Program-made: the position numbers and the translations under genes | In this document: positions 9,203-20,088 of the stretch, piece by piece | How positions within the stretch are numbered: position 1 is the stretch's first letter | Layout of the letters: each line of letters opens with the position of its first letter | Notes under the pieces: generated by a model | What the model was told of the DNA's origin: nothing | Seen by the model: the letters and a program-made list of their open reading frames with translations, nothing else | The model's database searches: none | NCBI GenBank assembly: GCA_038321985.1 | Contig: JBBQFN010000002.1 | Location: 320,001-384,000, forward strand | Length of the DNA: 64,000 nucleotides | From: Cyanophyceae cyanobacterium | GTDB taxonomy: Bacteria; Cyanobacteriota; Cyanobacteriia; Cyanobacteriales; Laspinemataceae | Reading direction: 5' to 3'

Positions 9203-11011
9203 GCCGCGTTCCTCATGCTCTATCATGAAACAATCAACTAACAAATTTGTGTGATTGGGAGATGTGCTAACACCCTAACCCATCACCCTCGTTATTACTA
9301 ACCTTTCCCCTGTCCTTGGCGGATCTTTACACAACTGCCTTTGATTCAAAATCAAGAGACAATTGACTCCGGCCAGAGATCGCCGTCGGTGATGATTTTC
9401 ACCACTCGTCCCATTTTTTCTCATCATGAGATCAACGGATCCGATGGCTAGTCACGAAACGTCTCACTCAACTGCTGCTGACTAGGAAAGGGGGTTCGAT
9501 ACATCACTTCTCAACACACCTTTAGGGCTTAGTAGAAGTGGAAATCACTCAAGATTCTATTCGGTCCTGTTCAGACCTTCCCGATTGTAGCCTTTTTCAC
9601 AAAAATTGCACCGTGATTTTCATTGTCGTTTGTTTCTTGGGTTCTTATGCCACCAAATCCGGAGTGTCCTGATCGCGCTTCGGATTGACATGATAACCTT
9701 GAAATAGGCACTTTAACCAGGTTCGGCTTTTTTTTAGAAGGCATCATGAGTGAAGCCCTATTCTATTCGGGGTGAACGCTTGCCATCCACTTATGCCAGC
9801 GTACTCATATTCATTCCGGGGATGTTTTCCCGGATGAGTTTCAGATAATCTAAAAACTGTCAATGCACCCATTTTTACTTGATTTCCTTAAATTTACTCA
9901 CATCTAAAGACTTTGCCGTTACTCAATAAGGCGGTCCTTCAGCATTGAGGAGTGCTCAGATTCTGATCCCGGGTTTCTGCATCACCTCCTAGTTGATTGA
10001 AATTGTAGCAAACTGTTCACGGGTTGGCGACTGTTCGGAACCAAACGAGTTACCCTCTCCATCTCTCCCTAAAATCTCACTGTAACGGATGATTCAGGGG
10101 CGATCGCCCCTCAAATTATAAGCAGTGGGAGGGAGTATTTTACTTGAGCTAGATCCCCTCCATATCCCCAATTGATTGGGCATAGTTTTGGTTGTTTTCG
10201 GTTCACCCTTCCCCCTCCTGATTGTTAGGAAGAAGTTGGACCCCTCCGGTTGCGATCGCATTTAGATTGCTTTCAGGAGGAGGTGAAACTGGGATTCGGG
10301 GGAGTACCGCCGATAGATTGGACAGCTTGACATCCTCGTGCACCTCGTTCTTCCCCCTTCGGGGAGTTGTGTTTACAGTGCCTCGTTTGATGAGTTTTTC
10401 GGTGCAACCGCTGCCTTATCCCAATGTCGGACAATTATAAATCTAGCTGCCCGGTTTCTTTCCTACGGTCAAGAGGGAACCTGACTAAAGGTTGGTTGCG
10501 CTTCGCTATCTTAACGGGTTTGAAATCGCTCTGAATGCGTTTTCAACTCCCCTCGCTCTAGCTGACTTACCCCCCTCAAGCGGTGGTTATGGGTTGTCGT
10601 TCCAGAATGACCTGGTTCAATGACTGTACTTTACTGAGTTATTCTAATCAATCAACCCGAAAGTTGACCGATCGAGATGAATCTTAAATTAACATTCCCC
10701 CATTTCCGAACAGATCGACATCTGTGTTTTTTCGGTCGAGATCGGGATTGCTGTTATTTTCATTCTCATTCTGACACATCTGCCTCTGTTGACTTGGATA
10801 CAGAAGGGGTTTCTGTAACTTAGACAGATGAGCCAATCCTTTTTTTGTGGGCCGGATTATGCCTCAAAATCGCGATCGTCTCTTGACTTCTGTGTTCAGT
10901 AGCCTGTTGTCTGGGACATTTATCTAGGGTAACGAACTGATTACCCCGAGGGGGAGTCCGGTTACAACCTTCTTTGTTAAACTTTATAAAACTTAATCGA
11001 TTCTTTAAAGT

Positions 11012-11710
11012 TTATTGGCGGTAGAGTGGGCTGGATGACTGCCACAGGCGATCGATTGTAACGAAATCATAACCCGCTTGCAATAACTGGGGAATTAATT
11101 CCTCCGCGATCGCCGCGACGTCCTCTCCACCGTGCCATCCATCGTGCAGGACAATATGAGACCCATTCTGGACCTGCCGCAGGATGCGGTCCACCACCAC
11201 CGATACCCCGGGTCTCCACCAGTCCTCTACGACCACACTCCACATCACAGGTCGATAGTTCCACTGGTGGAGATGGCGCAAGATCCCCGGCGTAAAAAAC
11301 CCATTGGGGGGTCGTACATCCCGGATCTGGGTTTTGACCTGTTCTAGATCCAATTCACAGGCGTGAGCGATCGCTACTTGGTTTTTCTCTAAACTCTCCC
11401 GCAGTTGAGTCGAACTCAGGCGAGGAAAGGACCGATGCTCATATCCATGCAACCCAACCCAGTGTCCCCGTTCATACACGGCTTTAGCAACCCAGGGTGC
11501 TCTCTCCACACAAACCCCCAGCCAAAAAAAACTCGCGACGATCCCGTAACGGTCTAAAACCTTGAGTAACTGCGGTGTGTATTCAGCATGGGGTCCATCA
11601 TCAAAGGTCAAGGCGATCGCCCGTTCCGTCTTCCTTCCGGACCACAGACATTTGGGAAAGCTGGGTTTTAAAATCCGATAAAAAATCGGATAAAATGGCG
11701 CAAATCTCAT
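11012..11710 (-). CDS. Polysaccharide deacetylase (NodB/CE4 family)
   Basis: TFDDGP, H-G-Y-E-H metal motif, RPPNG, IVLHDG. Confidence 0.9.
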   Translation of the reverse strand: MRFAPFYPIFYRILKPSFPKCLWSGRKTERAIALTFDDGPHAEYTPQLLKVLDRYGIVASFFWLGVCVERAPWVAKAVYERGHWVGLHGYEHRSFPRLSSTQLRESLEKNQVAIAHACELDLEQVKTQIRDVRPPNGFFTPGILRHLHQWNYRPVMWSVVVEDWWRPGVSVVVDRILRQVQNGSHIVLHDGWHGGEDVAAIAEELIPQLLQAGYDFVTIDRLWQSSSPLYRQ

Positions 11711-12189
11711 GAGCAATTCTTAATTATTCTTTATCTAATTTAACCAAGGAGGCTATTGATCTAGCCGATGATCCGGAAATGATTCTCTGTCAAAATACCC
11801 CCTTCTCCGGCACAAAAAAGGGGTTCATTAAAATTCCCTCTCTTACCCTCTAGACTTCTAAAAATTTTAATAATTCTGTCAAGAACCTGTCCCCCTCGTT
11901 CTAGACTTTAGGGTTGTATCCCTAAAATTGGGAAACTAAGCCCAGGGGACCGCGGCTGGCTGGGAGAGGATCGCCGAGATCAGTTGCGCGCTCATTCATC
12001 CTGAGCGATGGCGATCGCGCCCTCTTATTATTTTGATAAGACCCAGCATCGCTCTATTCTTCTCTATATTAAATGGGAAATTTTATTTTTTGGGAGTTTA
12101 AGCGTGATTTATCTCTAACCCTTTGCCGGCCAAGCCAGAGAGTGGATGGGGCAAAAAGCCTAAACCCACCCCCTGACTCACCCCCTAAC

Positions 12190-14517
12190 TCAAGCGATCC
12201 CTCCAGAAAAAGAGATTTCTTGTAAAAAATCCCCTGGATTGAAGGCCACAGAACCTTGGATAGGAAAACCCAAATCTGTGCGATCGCGGGATGTAATTTC
12301 CCTAGAAGTTCCCAGCAATTGAGCATGAGCATCGGTTGTGACATTGGAACCATTTGCCGATGCCCGTTGACGCTGAGTTCGCTGCTTTTTAGAGTATTCT
12401 ACCTGCTTAGTTTGGGCGATCGCATAAGCCGGTGTATCCCGAGGAACCTGTTTGAGAATATCAATCGCCCCGATAAAATCCTGCTTTCTCGCTCGTTGAT
12501 AGGCTTCCTGCAACAGTGAATTCCCCTTAATCCGCTGCTTTCGCCGGTATTCTAAAATCTTGTCTTGGACCTTAGAATAAGTCGCGGTGCCTTGAGGGAT
12601 CTTTTCAAGCAGTTGAATAGCCCCACCAAAATCTTTCGCGATCGCCTTGGCGTAGGCTTCAGTTAATAACTGATGCGCTTGAGCTTCAAGTTGGATCTGA
12701 TAATTTTCTTCATATTCGGGAAGTTTAGAAACCGCTTCTTCATAAGCAGGCGTACCCGGGGGAATTTTCTTGAGTAATTCTAAAGCGCCCTTAAAATCTT
12801 TTTCTAAGCCCTTGGCATAGGCTTGTTCCAACCATTCGGGCGTTTGCGGTGCAACTTGATCCGTAGCCAACTGCACCAAGGGAGCAATTTTATCTTGCCA
12901 ATAGGCAATCTCTGGAATCTCCGCTGCGCCTTGGATAGTTTCTACCCACTGCTGTTGCTGATAGGCTTTTTCGACTAAGGGGAATTGACTCTGGGCTTTT
13001 TCCCAGTCTACCCGCCAGCGATCGAGCTTGGCACGGGCCTCAAAATAAGCCGTACTAAAGCTGGGAATCGATTCAGCTAGGCTGATTGCTTTGTCATACT
13101 CCCCGGCATGATATTCTGTAGTCGCCTGGGTTAAAAGTTTAGGTCCCTCATCGGAAGTCGAAAAATAGAACAACGAGGTCAGGCCACCGGTAATCACCAG
13201 AGAATTCACCGCAAACCCAGCCCACATTCCCAAGAGCAGAATATTAGAAGCCGTAGCGCCACTCCCTTTTCGAGAGGGTATTAATTCGGGTTCTGGATGG
13301 ACAGAGGATGGAGCAAATAGGGGATCGGGCGTGGCATTCATGTCTGTAAACGACATAGATTCCATCTCTAACGGTTGATTAAGAACCGCCATCGGTTCAG
13401 GAGAGGGGTCCAAGGGGGAGAGAACGGAGACGACATTTATCGCATCACTCTGGAGAGGAGCATCCACTGTTGTTGCAGGGGTCAGAGTTTCTGGCGTTTT
13501 ACCGGCGATCGCTACGGGTTCTCCGGGGATTGCGGAGGCATCTTGAGTTTCCCAAGGATTCTCCAGGATGGGTAGGGGTTGAATTTGGATCGGTTTGAGA
13601 TGGAGCAGGTTGGGGTCTGGAAAGAGCAGGAGTTGCAATTCATCCAGGGCTTCTAGGGCAGATTGGTAACGGGTTTTACCGTGATAGCGCACCATTTTGC
13701 TTAAAATGGCAACCAACGCCGAACCAACAGGGGCGATCGCTTCTGAATGCCAGACAATCTCTCCCGTGTGCGAGCTAATTTCTAAGTCTGATGGATGCAA
13801 TCCGGTTAAGGCTTGAATCGCCAGTAAGCCCAAGGCATAGATATCGCTGTTCGGACGGGAATTTCCGAGGAGTTGTTCGGGTGGTAAATAGCCAAAGGTC
13901 GCGATGGGTAAGGCGATCGAGGATTGTCTAGAGTGCGTATTATTTCGCTCTCGAATGGGTTGGACACTTCCAAAGTCCACCATTGCGAATTTCCCATCTT
14001 CCGCCCGTCTAATTAACTTATCCGGTGCGATATTGCAATGAATCAACCCTTGTTGATGGATGAAACTAAGAAGGGATAAGCCTTCTTTGAGAAACTGCAA
14101 ACAGGCGCTTTCACTCCAGCGCTTGCTACAACGTTTGCCAATCGGCAGCAAGTGACGGAGTGTCTCCCCTTCAATCCATTCTTGAACTAAATAAGAGGAA
14201 TCAGCTTCAGTGAAACAGTGCAAGAATCGGGGAATGCGATCGTGATTTCCCAATTTTTTCAGAGTTTCTGCTTCAATTTTGAATAAGTGTTGCGCTGATT
14301 GAAGACAATGGGGATTGTTTGTACCTAGATTAAGCTGCTTGACAAAACATTTAGGATTGCCTGGATTTTTCGTATCTTTAGCAATATAGGTGTTGCCTAC
14401 CCCATCGGCATTTAAAACTTTAACAATTTGATAGCGATCGGCTAATAGGGTTTCTAATATGGGCATTGACGCGACTCTCTGCATAGAAAGAATTTCCACC
14501 TTGACCTTGAGTTTCAC
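12190..14517 (-). CDS. Membrane-anchored Hanks-type Ser/Thr kinase-like protein (degenerate catalytic loop) with C-terminal helical repeats
   Basis: Kinase fold (CFVK, DFG, YLPPEQ, SDIYALG), one TM helix, C-terminal repeats of LLxEAYxxAxxxDFxGAIxLLxxIPxxTxxY; start may be ATG 14484 or 14466. Confidence 0.85.
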   Translation of the reverse strand: MKLKVKVEILSMQRVASMPILETLLADRYQIVKVLNADGVGNTYIAKDTKNPGNPKCFVKQLNLGTNNPHCLQSAQHLFKIEAETLKKLGNHDRIPRFLHCFTEADSSYLVQEWIEGETLRHLLPIGKRCSKRWSESACLQFLKEGLSLLSFIHQQGLIHCNIAPDKLIRRAEDGKFAMVDFGSVQPIRERNNTHSRQSSIALPIATFGYLPPEQLLGNSRPNSDIYALGLLAIQALTGLHPSDLEISSHTGEIVWHSEAIAPVGSALVAILSKMVRYHGKTRYQSALEALDELQLLLFPDPNLLHLKPIQIQPLPILENPWETQDASAIPGEPVAIAGKTPETLTPATTVDAPLQSDAINVVSVLSPLDPSPEPMAVLNQPLEMESMSFTDMNATPDPLFAPSSVHPEPELIPSRKGSGATASNILLLGMWAGFAVNSLVITGGLTSLFYFSTSDEGPKLLTQATTEYHAGEYDKAISLAESIPSFSTAYFEARAKLDRWRVDWEKAQSQFPLVEKAYQQQQWVETIQGAAEIPEIAYWQDKIAPLVQLATDQVAPQTPEWLEQAYAKGLEKDFKGALELLKKIPPGTPAYEEAVSKLPEYEENYQIQLEAQAHQLLTEAYAKAIAKDFGGAIQLLEKIPQGTATYSKVQDKILEYRRKQRIKGNSLLQEAYQRARKQDFIGAIDILKQVPRDTPAYAIAQTKQVEYSKKQRTQRQRASANGSNVTTDAHAQLLGTSREITSRDRTDLGFPIQGSVAFNPGDFLQEISFSGGIA

Positions 14518-15833
14518 AGAGGTTTAGAATCAACCTGATCGCTTGGTTAGAGGCCCCAACAATCCCGCCCGATCTCTGGCATCAAATGGTTGTAGATGTT
14601 CCCTTGGCTGTTTGAGCCAGTTGAATTGATCGGGGTCCGGTCCGATTCCATCGGTCAGTTCCGCGATCGCTCTATGCCTTCGGGGGGGGGAATGTACCCC
14701 TGATCAGCGGTGAAATTTCTCACGGCTGATTAGGGTTTTCTCGCCAAGCTAGGAGCGTATTCAGGTAAGAGTACAAACTCTTTTCCGCTTCAGGCTTTCT
14801 CTATCAGGAATATTGCCCATTATTTTTCGATGCCTAGAATTTTCTCTGGTTAATCGAGTTTTTATTCCAGAGGTATCCTAGCTAACTTCTTTTTCCTAAA
14901 GGCTGGTATCCCTGCCCTTCGGAAAAGGGTAGACCCCGCCTCAGTTTTTCCGGAAGGGCTTTCCTCTACCGCTGGAGAGAGGGAGTAAGAAGATTTCAAA
15001 ATTTGATATCGCTTCTAGTCCCTACAATAATTAACAAGTTTTTAGAGGGTCTTAGCCTTGAAAAACTTGATTATATTTCTTTCTAAAAGTTAGAAAATAA
15101 TTAATTAATAGAAGTCAATTCAATGCTGATTAAATGGATTTTATAATTTTACTCACAATTTATTCAGGGCCCTAACCCTGGATAACTTAAGAGAATATCG
15201 GGACCGCCGAAATAAATTTGAAGGAAGATTGAGCATTTCCCCTCATTGTTGGGCGAATATTCCTGGTTTTTACCCAAAACCTCGGTTTTGGGGAGGAATT
15301 CACCGATTCTGTAAAACTCTTACAAAAATCTCCGAGTTTTCCGGATAGCCCGTTTTAATTCTGAAAGATGTTAAATACGCACGCTAGTTTCTCTAATTGT
15401 GCAAATTTTCAGGTTAATCCTGAAATCCCTGGGTAAAACATCAGTTTAGGACCGCTTAATTTTTTCTGAATTTATTTTCAGCGATCGCTTTATTATTTGG
15501 GGGTTCAATTATCATGGCTATCCTGGTTTTTTCCTTGTTGTTTATTTTTTTTACGATTGAAATTTTTTCGCCTAAAAAACCTAAAAAGCTATCTAACTCA
15601 AATTACTGTCAACCCTGCTGTTCCCCAAATCCGAAAGACCGCAAACCCAATTTAGAAGGTGTTCCCTCTAAAAATGCCTCCCAGTCTCCAGCAGGAAACC
15701 GTCCTTCTAAATTTGGTGAGTCTATCCCCAAATCCAGGAATATCAAACCCTAAAATTTCGTTCTTTCATCCTAGGAAGTCCAGCCTAGGGCTGAAGGGGT
15801 GTTTTTTATTATAAAGATTAATAAATTTGGCAA

Positions 15834-17726
15834 TTAGCTTGAGGGAGCGGATAAATTTTCATCCGTTCTTTCCCCCAAAATTGAGTAAATGATAGTCTCC
15901 TGCTGTTTACCCCGCAGGTAAATTTCACTGACTTGAACTCCAGTATAGCGATCGCAAACGTAGAGATATGTTTCTTGGGTCACTAATAAATGATAAAAAT
16001 TATTATCAAGGATATCTTTATTCATGGGTTCAACTCGTGCAGCTACATTAACAGTATCTCCGATCGCCGAATAATTTGCCCGTTGCTTGCCGCCGACACT
16101 CCCCGCAATCAAAGGACCTGTATGAATCCCCATCCCGATTTGGATTAAAGGCTTCCCTTCCGCTTTCATGCGTTGATTGAGTTGTTTGAGTCGAGCATCC
16201 ATTGCCAAACAAGCCGCGATCGCATTCATTGCATCCGCCTGAATCTCTTCCGGAGTTTGGCGAGGAAAGGGAAGACCAAACACCGCCATAATCGCATCCC
16301 CAATATATTTATCAATCACTCCCCCATGCTCCATAATACACTCAGACATCGCATCCAAATAATCATTAAGCCAGGAGAGTAAATCTCGGGGGGATAATCT
16401 TTCAGATATAGTGGTAAAACTCCGAATATCCATAAATAAAACCGTAGCGATTAATTCTTGAGGAGGCAAATCGCCTTGATCAAAAATTTCATCCCGACGG
16501 TCCCAAACCATGCGAGCCATTTGGGGGGAAATCTGTTTTGCGAAAAGCTGCATAAGCTGTTGTTTTTCGTAGCGATCGCGCAGTTGTACCATCATTCCGG
16601 CTAAAATCATGGTACCAATGGGAGCAACAACAGGAATCCACCAATTCCCCCAAGTAAAAGCCCCTAAAGCGATCGCAAACCAGGCTAATGGAAAACCCAA
16701 AGCTGTCCCCCTTTGAAGTTGCACCAATCCCAGGCGCATCAGCCCGCGATCGCTCCAAATCCAACTCATAGATAGACTAATCCCGATTAAAATCATCCCA
16801 GCGATCGCTCGGGGAAGTTGTTTCAAAAACCGTCCCTCTAACCCATTATCCAAAATTGCCGCATGGATATATACACCCGTAATGGGCTGAAGAGGCGAGA
16901 TTTTGCGATCAACACCCGTGGCAACAAATCCCACCAGTACCAGTTGATTGTCAAACGTTTTGGAAGGAACTCGACCCTCGACCACATCCACGAATGAATA
17001 AGTCGGCACTTGTTGGATTTTTCCCGGCCAATTAATCCAGATATTTTGAAGGTCTAACCCTGGATAAGGCTTAACAATAGCTTGGGATGGAATCCTATTT
17101 AATAAACTCTCAGTCGGCTGATTTTCCGAGACCTGAAGCATTGCCAAACTCAAGGCCGGTACCCCATCAAACCAAACGGTTGCCTGACGGCTAATGCCAT
17201 CACTATCGGGTTCGTGAAGGATATGGCCCGTCGCCGCTGCCGCATCTTTTAACACCGATAACGGTTCTTCTTCGGGTCCGGCACTGGCGAGAATGGTCTT
17301 GCTATTAATTTGAATCGCCCTACCGAATAACTCATCTTGCGAACTCGGGTCAAGAAACAAAATATCAAAACCAATGGCGCTCAAGGAAGAATTATTCAGG
17401 GCATTGAGCAGTTCGACATAGCGATCGCGAGACCAAGGAAACTGTCCGTAATCTTGCAAACTCTTGCTATCAATTGCAATCACTGCAATTCGAGAATTCC
17501 AGCGGAGTTCGGGCCGAAGATTAAACAGTACCCCATAGGCCAATCTTTCTAAAGGCTGCCATGCACCGCCCCCGTACAGGGTCACGGAAATAACTGCCGC
17601 GATCGCTCCCGGCAACAAGGGATGATGACTTCTAAAATAACCTTGCAGCCCCTGTCGAAATCCCACTAAATAACCTAATAACTCCATAAACAGAAATCCG
17701 GATTTAAGGAATCCGGATTTGAGCAA
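15834..17726 (-). CDS. CHASE2-domain adenylate cyclase (class III)
   Basis: CHASE2 motifs (FPWSR, IGFDILF, DSDG..R, GVYIHA), three TMs, cyclase motifs FMDIRSFT, DKYIGDAIMA, GDTVNVAARVE; start may be ATG 17687. Confidence 0.9.
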   Translation of the reverse strand: MLKSGFLKSGFLFMELLGYLVGFRQGLQGYFRSHHPLLPGAIAAVISVTLYGGGAWQPLERLAYGVLFNLRPELRWNSRIAVIAIDSKSLQDYGQFPWSRDRYVELLNALNNSSLSAIGFDILFLDPSSQDELFGRAIQINSKTILASAGPEEEPLSVLKDAAAATGHILHEPDSDGISRQATVWFDGVPALSLAMLQVSENQPTESLLNRIPSQAIVKPYPGLDLQNIWINWPGKIQQVPTYSFVDVVEGRVPSKTFDNQLVLVGFVATGVDRKISPLQPITGVYIHAAILDNGLEGRFLKQLPRAIAGMILIGISLSMSWIWSDRGLMRLGLVQLQRGTALGFPLAWFAIALGAFTWGNWWIPVVAPIGTMILAGMMVQLRDRYEKQQLMQLFAKQISPQMARMVWDRRDEIFDQGDLPPQELIATVLFMDIRSFTTISERLSPRDLLSWLNDYLDAMSECIMEHGGVIDKYIGDAIMAVFGLPFPRQTPEEIQADAMNAIAACLAMDARLKQLNQRMKAEGKPLIQIGMGIHTGPLIAGSVGGKQRANYSAIGDTVNVAARVEPMNKDILDNNFYHLLVTQETYLYVCDRYTGVQVSEIYLRGKQQETIIYSILGERTDENLSAPSS

Positions 17727-17739
17727 TCCTGATTTATTG
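17695..17739. repeat. Three imperfect 15-bp tandem repeats at the FecR-gene/cyclase junction
   Basis: AATCCGGATTTAAGG / AATCCGGATTTGAGC / AATCCTGATTTATTG. Confidence 0.6.
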
Positions 17740-18882
17740 AACGGGAATCGAATACACTCGCTCTCGCACTGCCGGTCCGCGCACTACAAATCGCAGCCGT
17801 CGCGAGACGGGTCTTCGCACCAACAGGGAGAAACTACCATCAGAATTAGTGATTACAGGTTCACCGTTAAGCAACAAGATATCGGGACTGTCAATTTTAC
17901 CCTGAATTAGAACTCGATTGGAACCTCGGGGTTGGGTGACTAGCAATTGGAGTTTGGAGTCAACAGGGATCTGCTGGGGAGCAGTAGGAGCCAAACCCGG
18001 GCTAATCACCGTAAATTGGCCACTACCCACCAAAACTTCTTGTCCGAGTGCCGTAGCGCTGACACTACCATCAACAGTCCGAATTCCAGTTTGACCGTTT
18101 GGCCCCACATCTACGCCAAATGAGGTTCCGCGTACTCCGGCGACTCCCGTGGGTGTGCGGACTCTAAACGGTGAATCTCCGGTGCGGTCCTGAGTTAAGA
18201 GCGGGTCTTCTAGGGAGAAGGGAAGGCTTTTCATGGCAGTTGCATTTCCAGATAGCTGACTGGCCAAATCCGGGGTTAAGCGTCCCAGGGAAAATCTCAC
18301 CTGTCCTTGACGTACAAATAGTTCGACGTCGGCATCAGCAAAGCTTTCGATATCGAAGTTGCTGAGTTCATCGATTTCAATAGATCCGCGAAAATTGTCT
18401 AATCGCAAACGGGCGGTGGAGTTCTCTTCGCTGACCCAGGTGCCGATCGCCGGTTGCAAACAATCCCCGAGTTCAATGGGACGTCCTTCAAAGCTGATGT
18501 TCCCTCGCAGGGATTCCACTCTCAATCCCCCGGGACAATTCGCGGGAGTCTGTGCCAAAATATCGTTTCCTAGAGTCTCCTGAGCTTGGAAAGATTCCAC
18601 CAGTGGAGTGAGTTGGCTAGGGTGTGGGGAATCTTGAATGGCTTCAAGGACTGACTCTTGGCTCAAAACGTCTTGAAAGTCTGGGGTAGGGAATTGAAGT
18701 CCTTCTACAAATGAGAAACCTTCCTGAATAAGGTCTGTGTGGGTCTCAACTTCCAGTGGAGCTTCCGGGGAGGCAATGGCGATTCCTTGAGTCGGAGTGA
18801 AGGCCGCGATCGCCCCCCAGGATAATAATATCGCTCGGGCAATCTGGGGTAAACCTAAAACAGGGGTGGAAATATTATTCAT
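17734..18882 (-). CDS. Secreted FecR-domain protein
   Basis: Signal-peptide-like N-terminus, FecR motif FRVRTPTGVAGVRGTSFGV, C-terminal beta-rich domain; ends 7 bp before the cyclase ORF. Confidence 0.8.
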   Translation of the reverse strand: MNNISTPVLGLPQIARAILLSWGAIAAFTPTQGIAIASPEAPLEVETHTDLIQEGFSFVEGLQFPTPDFQDVLSQESVLEAIQDSPHPSQLTPLVESFQAQETLGNDILAQTPANCPGGLRVESLRGNISFEGRPIELGDCLQPAIGTWVSEENSTARLRLDNFRGSIEIDELSNFDIESFADADVELFVRQGQVRFSLGRLTPDLASQLSGNATAMKSLPFSLEDPLLTQDRTGDSPFRVRTPTGVAGVRGTSFGVDVGPNGQTGIRTVDGSVSATALGQEVLVGSGQFTVISPGLAPTAPQQIPVDSKLQLLVTQPRGSNRVLIQGKIDSPDILLLNGEPVITNSDGSFSLLVRRPVSRRLRFVVRGPAVRERVYSIPVQ

Positions 18883-19328
18883 TAGCCTCGATATTTATGG
18901 AAGTATTTTTTAGAGCATATAGGCCCGATCGCACCCAACCCAAGACGATCTAAGATTCTCCAGAAGTTTCCTTGGGGATCAATTCGTCTTAACCCCTCCT
19001 TCAAGGGTGGTGCTCCGGCCTCTTTATTAACAATATAGAGACACTCAAGCCTGAATCTCTATCAGGTTTCCAATTATTGATGTGCCAATCCGGAGCCATC
19101 TTGAGAGTCAACTCGGCTGGTGGTTTTGCTGGGCATCGCCCGAAGTGCCTGATGGCCCTCTACTTTGGGATTAAATCCCTCTGCATCGCCCATTTTACGG
19201 GAATTGCTCTGGGGAGGTTGCCTCGATAAATATAATACGGTTACTGACAAACAACCCAGGGATGTTTAGTGGTTTAGGTAGCAATCCCTGCTTTAATGCG
19301 ATTTAGCCGGATTTGAGCGGGATTTTGA

Positions 19329-19940
19329 TTAGTCCACATCCACGGGATGGGAAAGGGCTGGAGTGGATGGTGACAAGGATGCGCTATGGGATTTTTGGAA
19401 AGACAAACCCAGGATTGCAGTAACTAAAACCACGCCATAGACCACATACAGATGCATGGGGCTCAGGGACAAGCTGAAGCTAAATTTTGAGGGTTTTGTG
19501 GAACCAATGGCGGTTTTGAGGGAATCCCGTTCCGGTAAAGAGGCAGCAAGAGCAGAGCCGTCTACTCCCAGAGCATCGCCAATCCGACGGATAAATCCTC
19601 GAACGTAGATATCCTGGGGTAATTTTTCTAGGGTCCCTGTTTCTAGGGCGCGTATTTGATATTGGGGGACATGAGTCAGGGTATAAAGTTGGTCGCGAGT
19701 GAGTCCTTGTTCTTCCCTCAGTTGTTCGAGTTCTTGCCCGAGTTGTCGCAGGGCATTTTCCCAGGCGCGATCGCGGGTGAGCTCTTTTTCAGCATCGAGG
19801 TCTTTAATCCCGAGAGCCGGTTCCGTGGACCCGAATGCTGCGGCATTCTCTGAATTGGGTCGATTCAGCAAATTCTCATCCTCTGCTGACTTGGGTCGGG
19901 AAACTCCGGTAAAACCAAACATTAAATTCGATCCAGTCAT
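19329..19940 (-). CDS. RodZ-like HTH membrane protein
   Basis: LEQLREEQGLT..L...THV....IRALETG...LP...YVRGFIRRIG..LGVD HTH_25 pattern followed by one TM helix. Confidence 0.8.
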   Translation of the reverse strand: MTGSNLMFGFTGVSRPKSAEDENLLNRPNSENAAAFGSTEPALGIKDLDAEKELTRDRAWENALRQLGQELEQLREEQGLTRDQLYTLTHVPQYQIRALETGTLEKLPQDIYVRGFIRRIGDALGVDGSALAASLPERDSLKTAIGSTKPSKFSFSLSLSPMHLYVVYGVVLVTAILGLSFQKSHSASLSPSTPALSHPVDVD

Positions 19941-20088
19941 TTCTATTTTCTCCGTGCTTCAGGGGAACAGATTCTCATGTAGAAGTGTAAAGCGTCAAGC
20001 TGTAGGGTGACACCCCTCGGATGTATAACCCCTCAAGTGATAACAACTTAAAGTGGAAATTGTCTACTCTAAAATTCGGTGTAAGTCC

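Noticed and set aside
9505..9540. Yfr1-like sRNA (CAACACACC within a stem)
   Set aside because: It does not match the ACTCCTCACAC core or the two-hairpin layout.
15311..15323. NtcA site GTA-AAACTCT-TAC
   Set aside because: The spacer is 7 nt, not the required 8.
15514..15753. 79-aa ORF with hydrophobic N-terminus
   Set aside because: Hydrophobicity derives from T-rich intergenic sequence and no family motif is seen; unsupported without homology.
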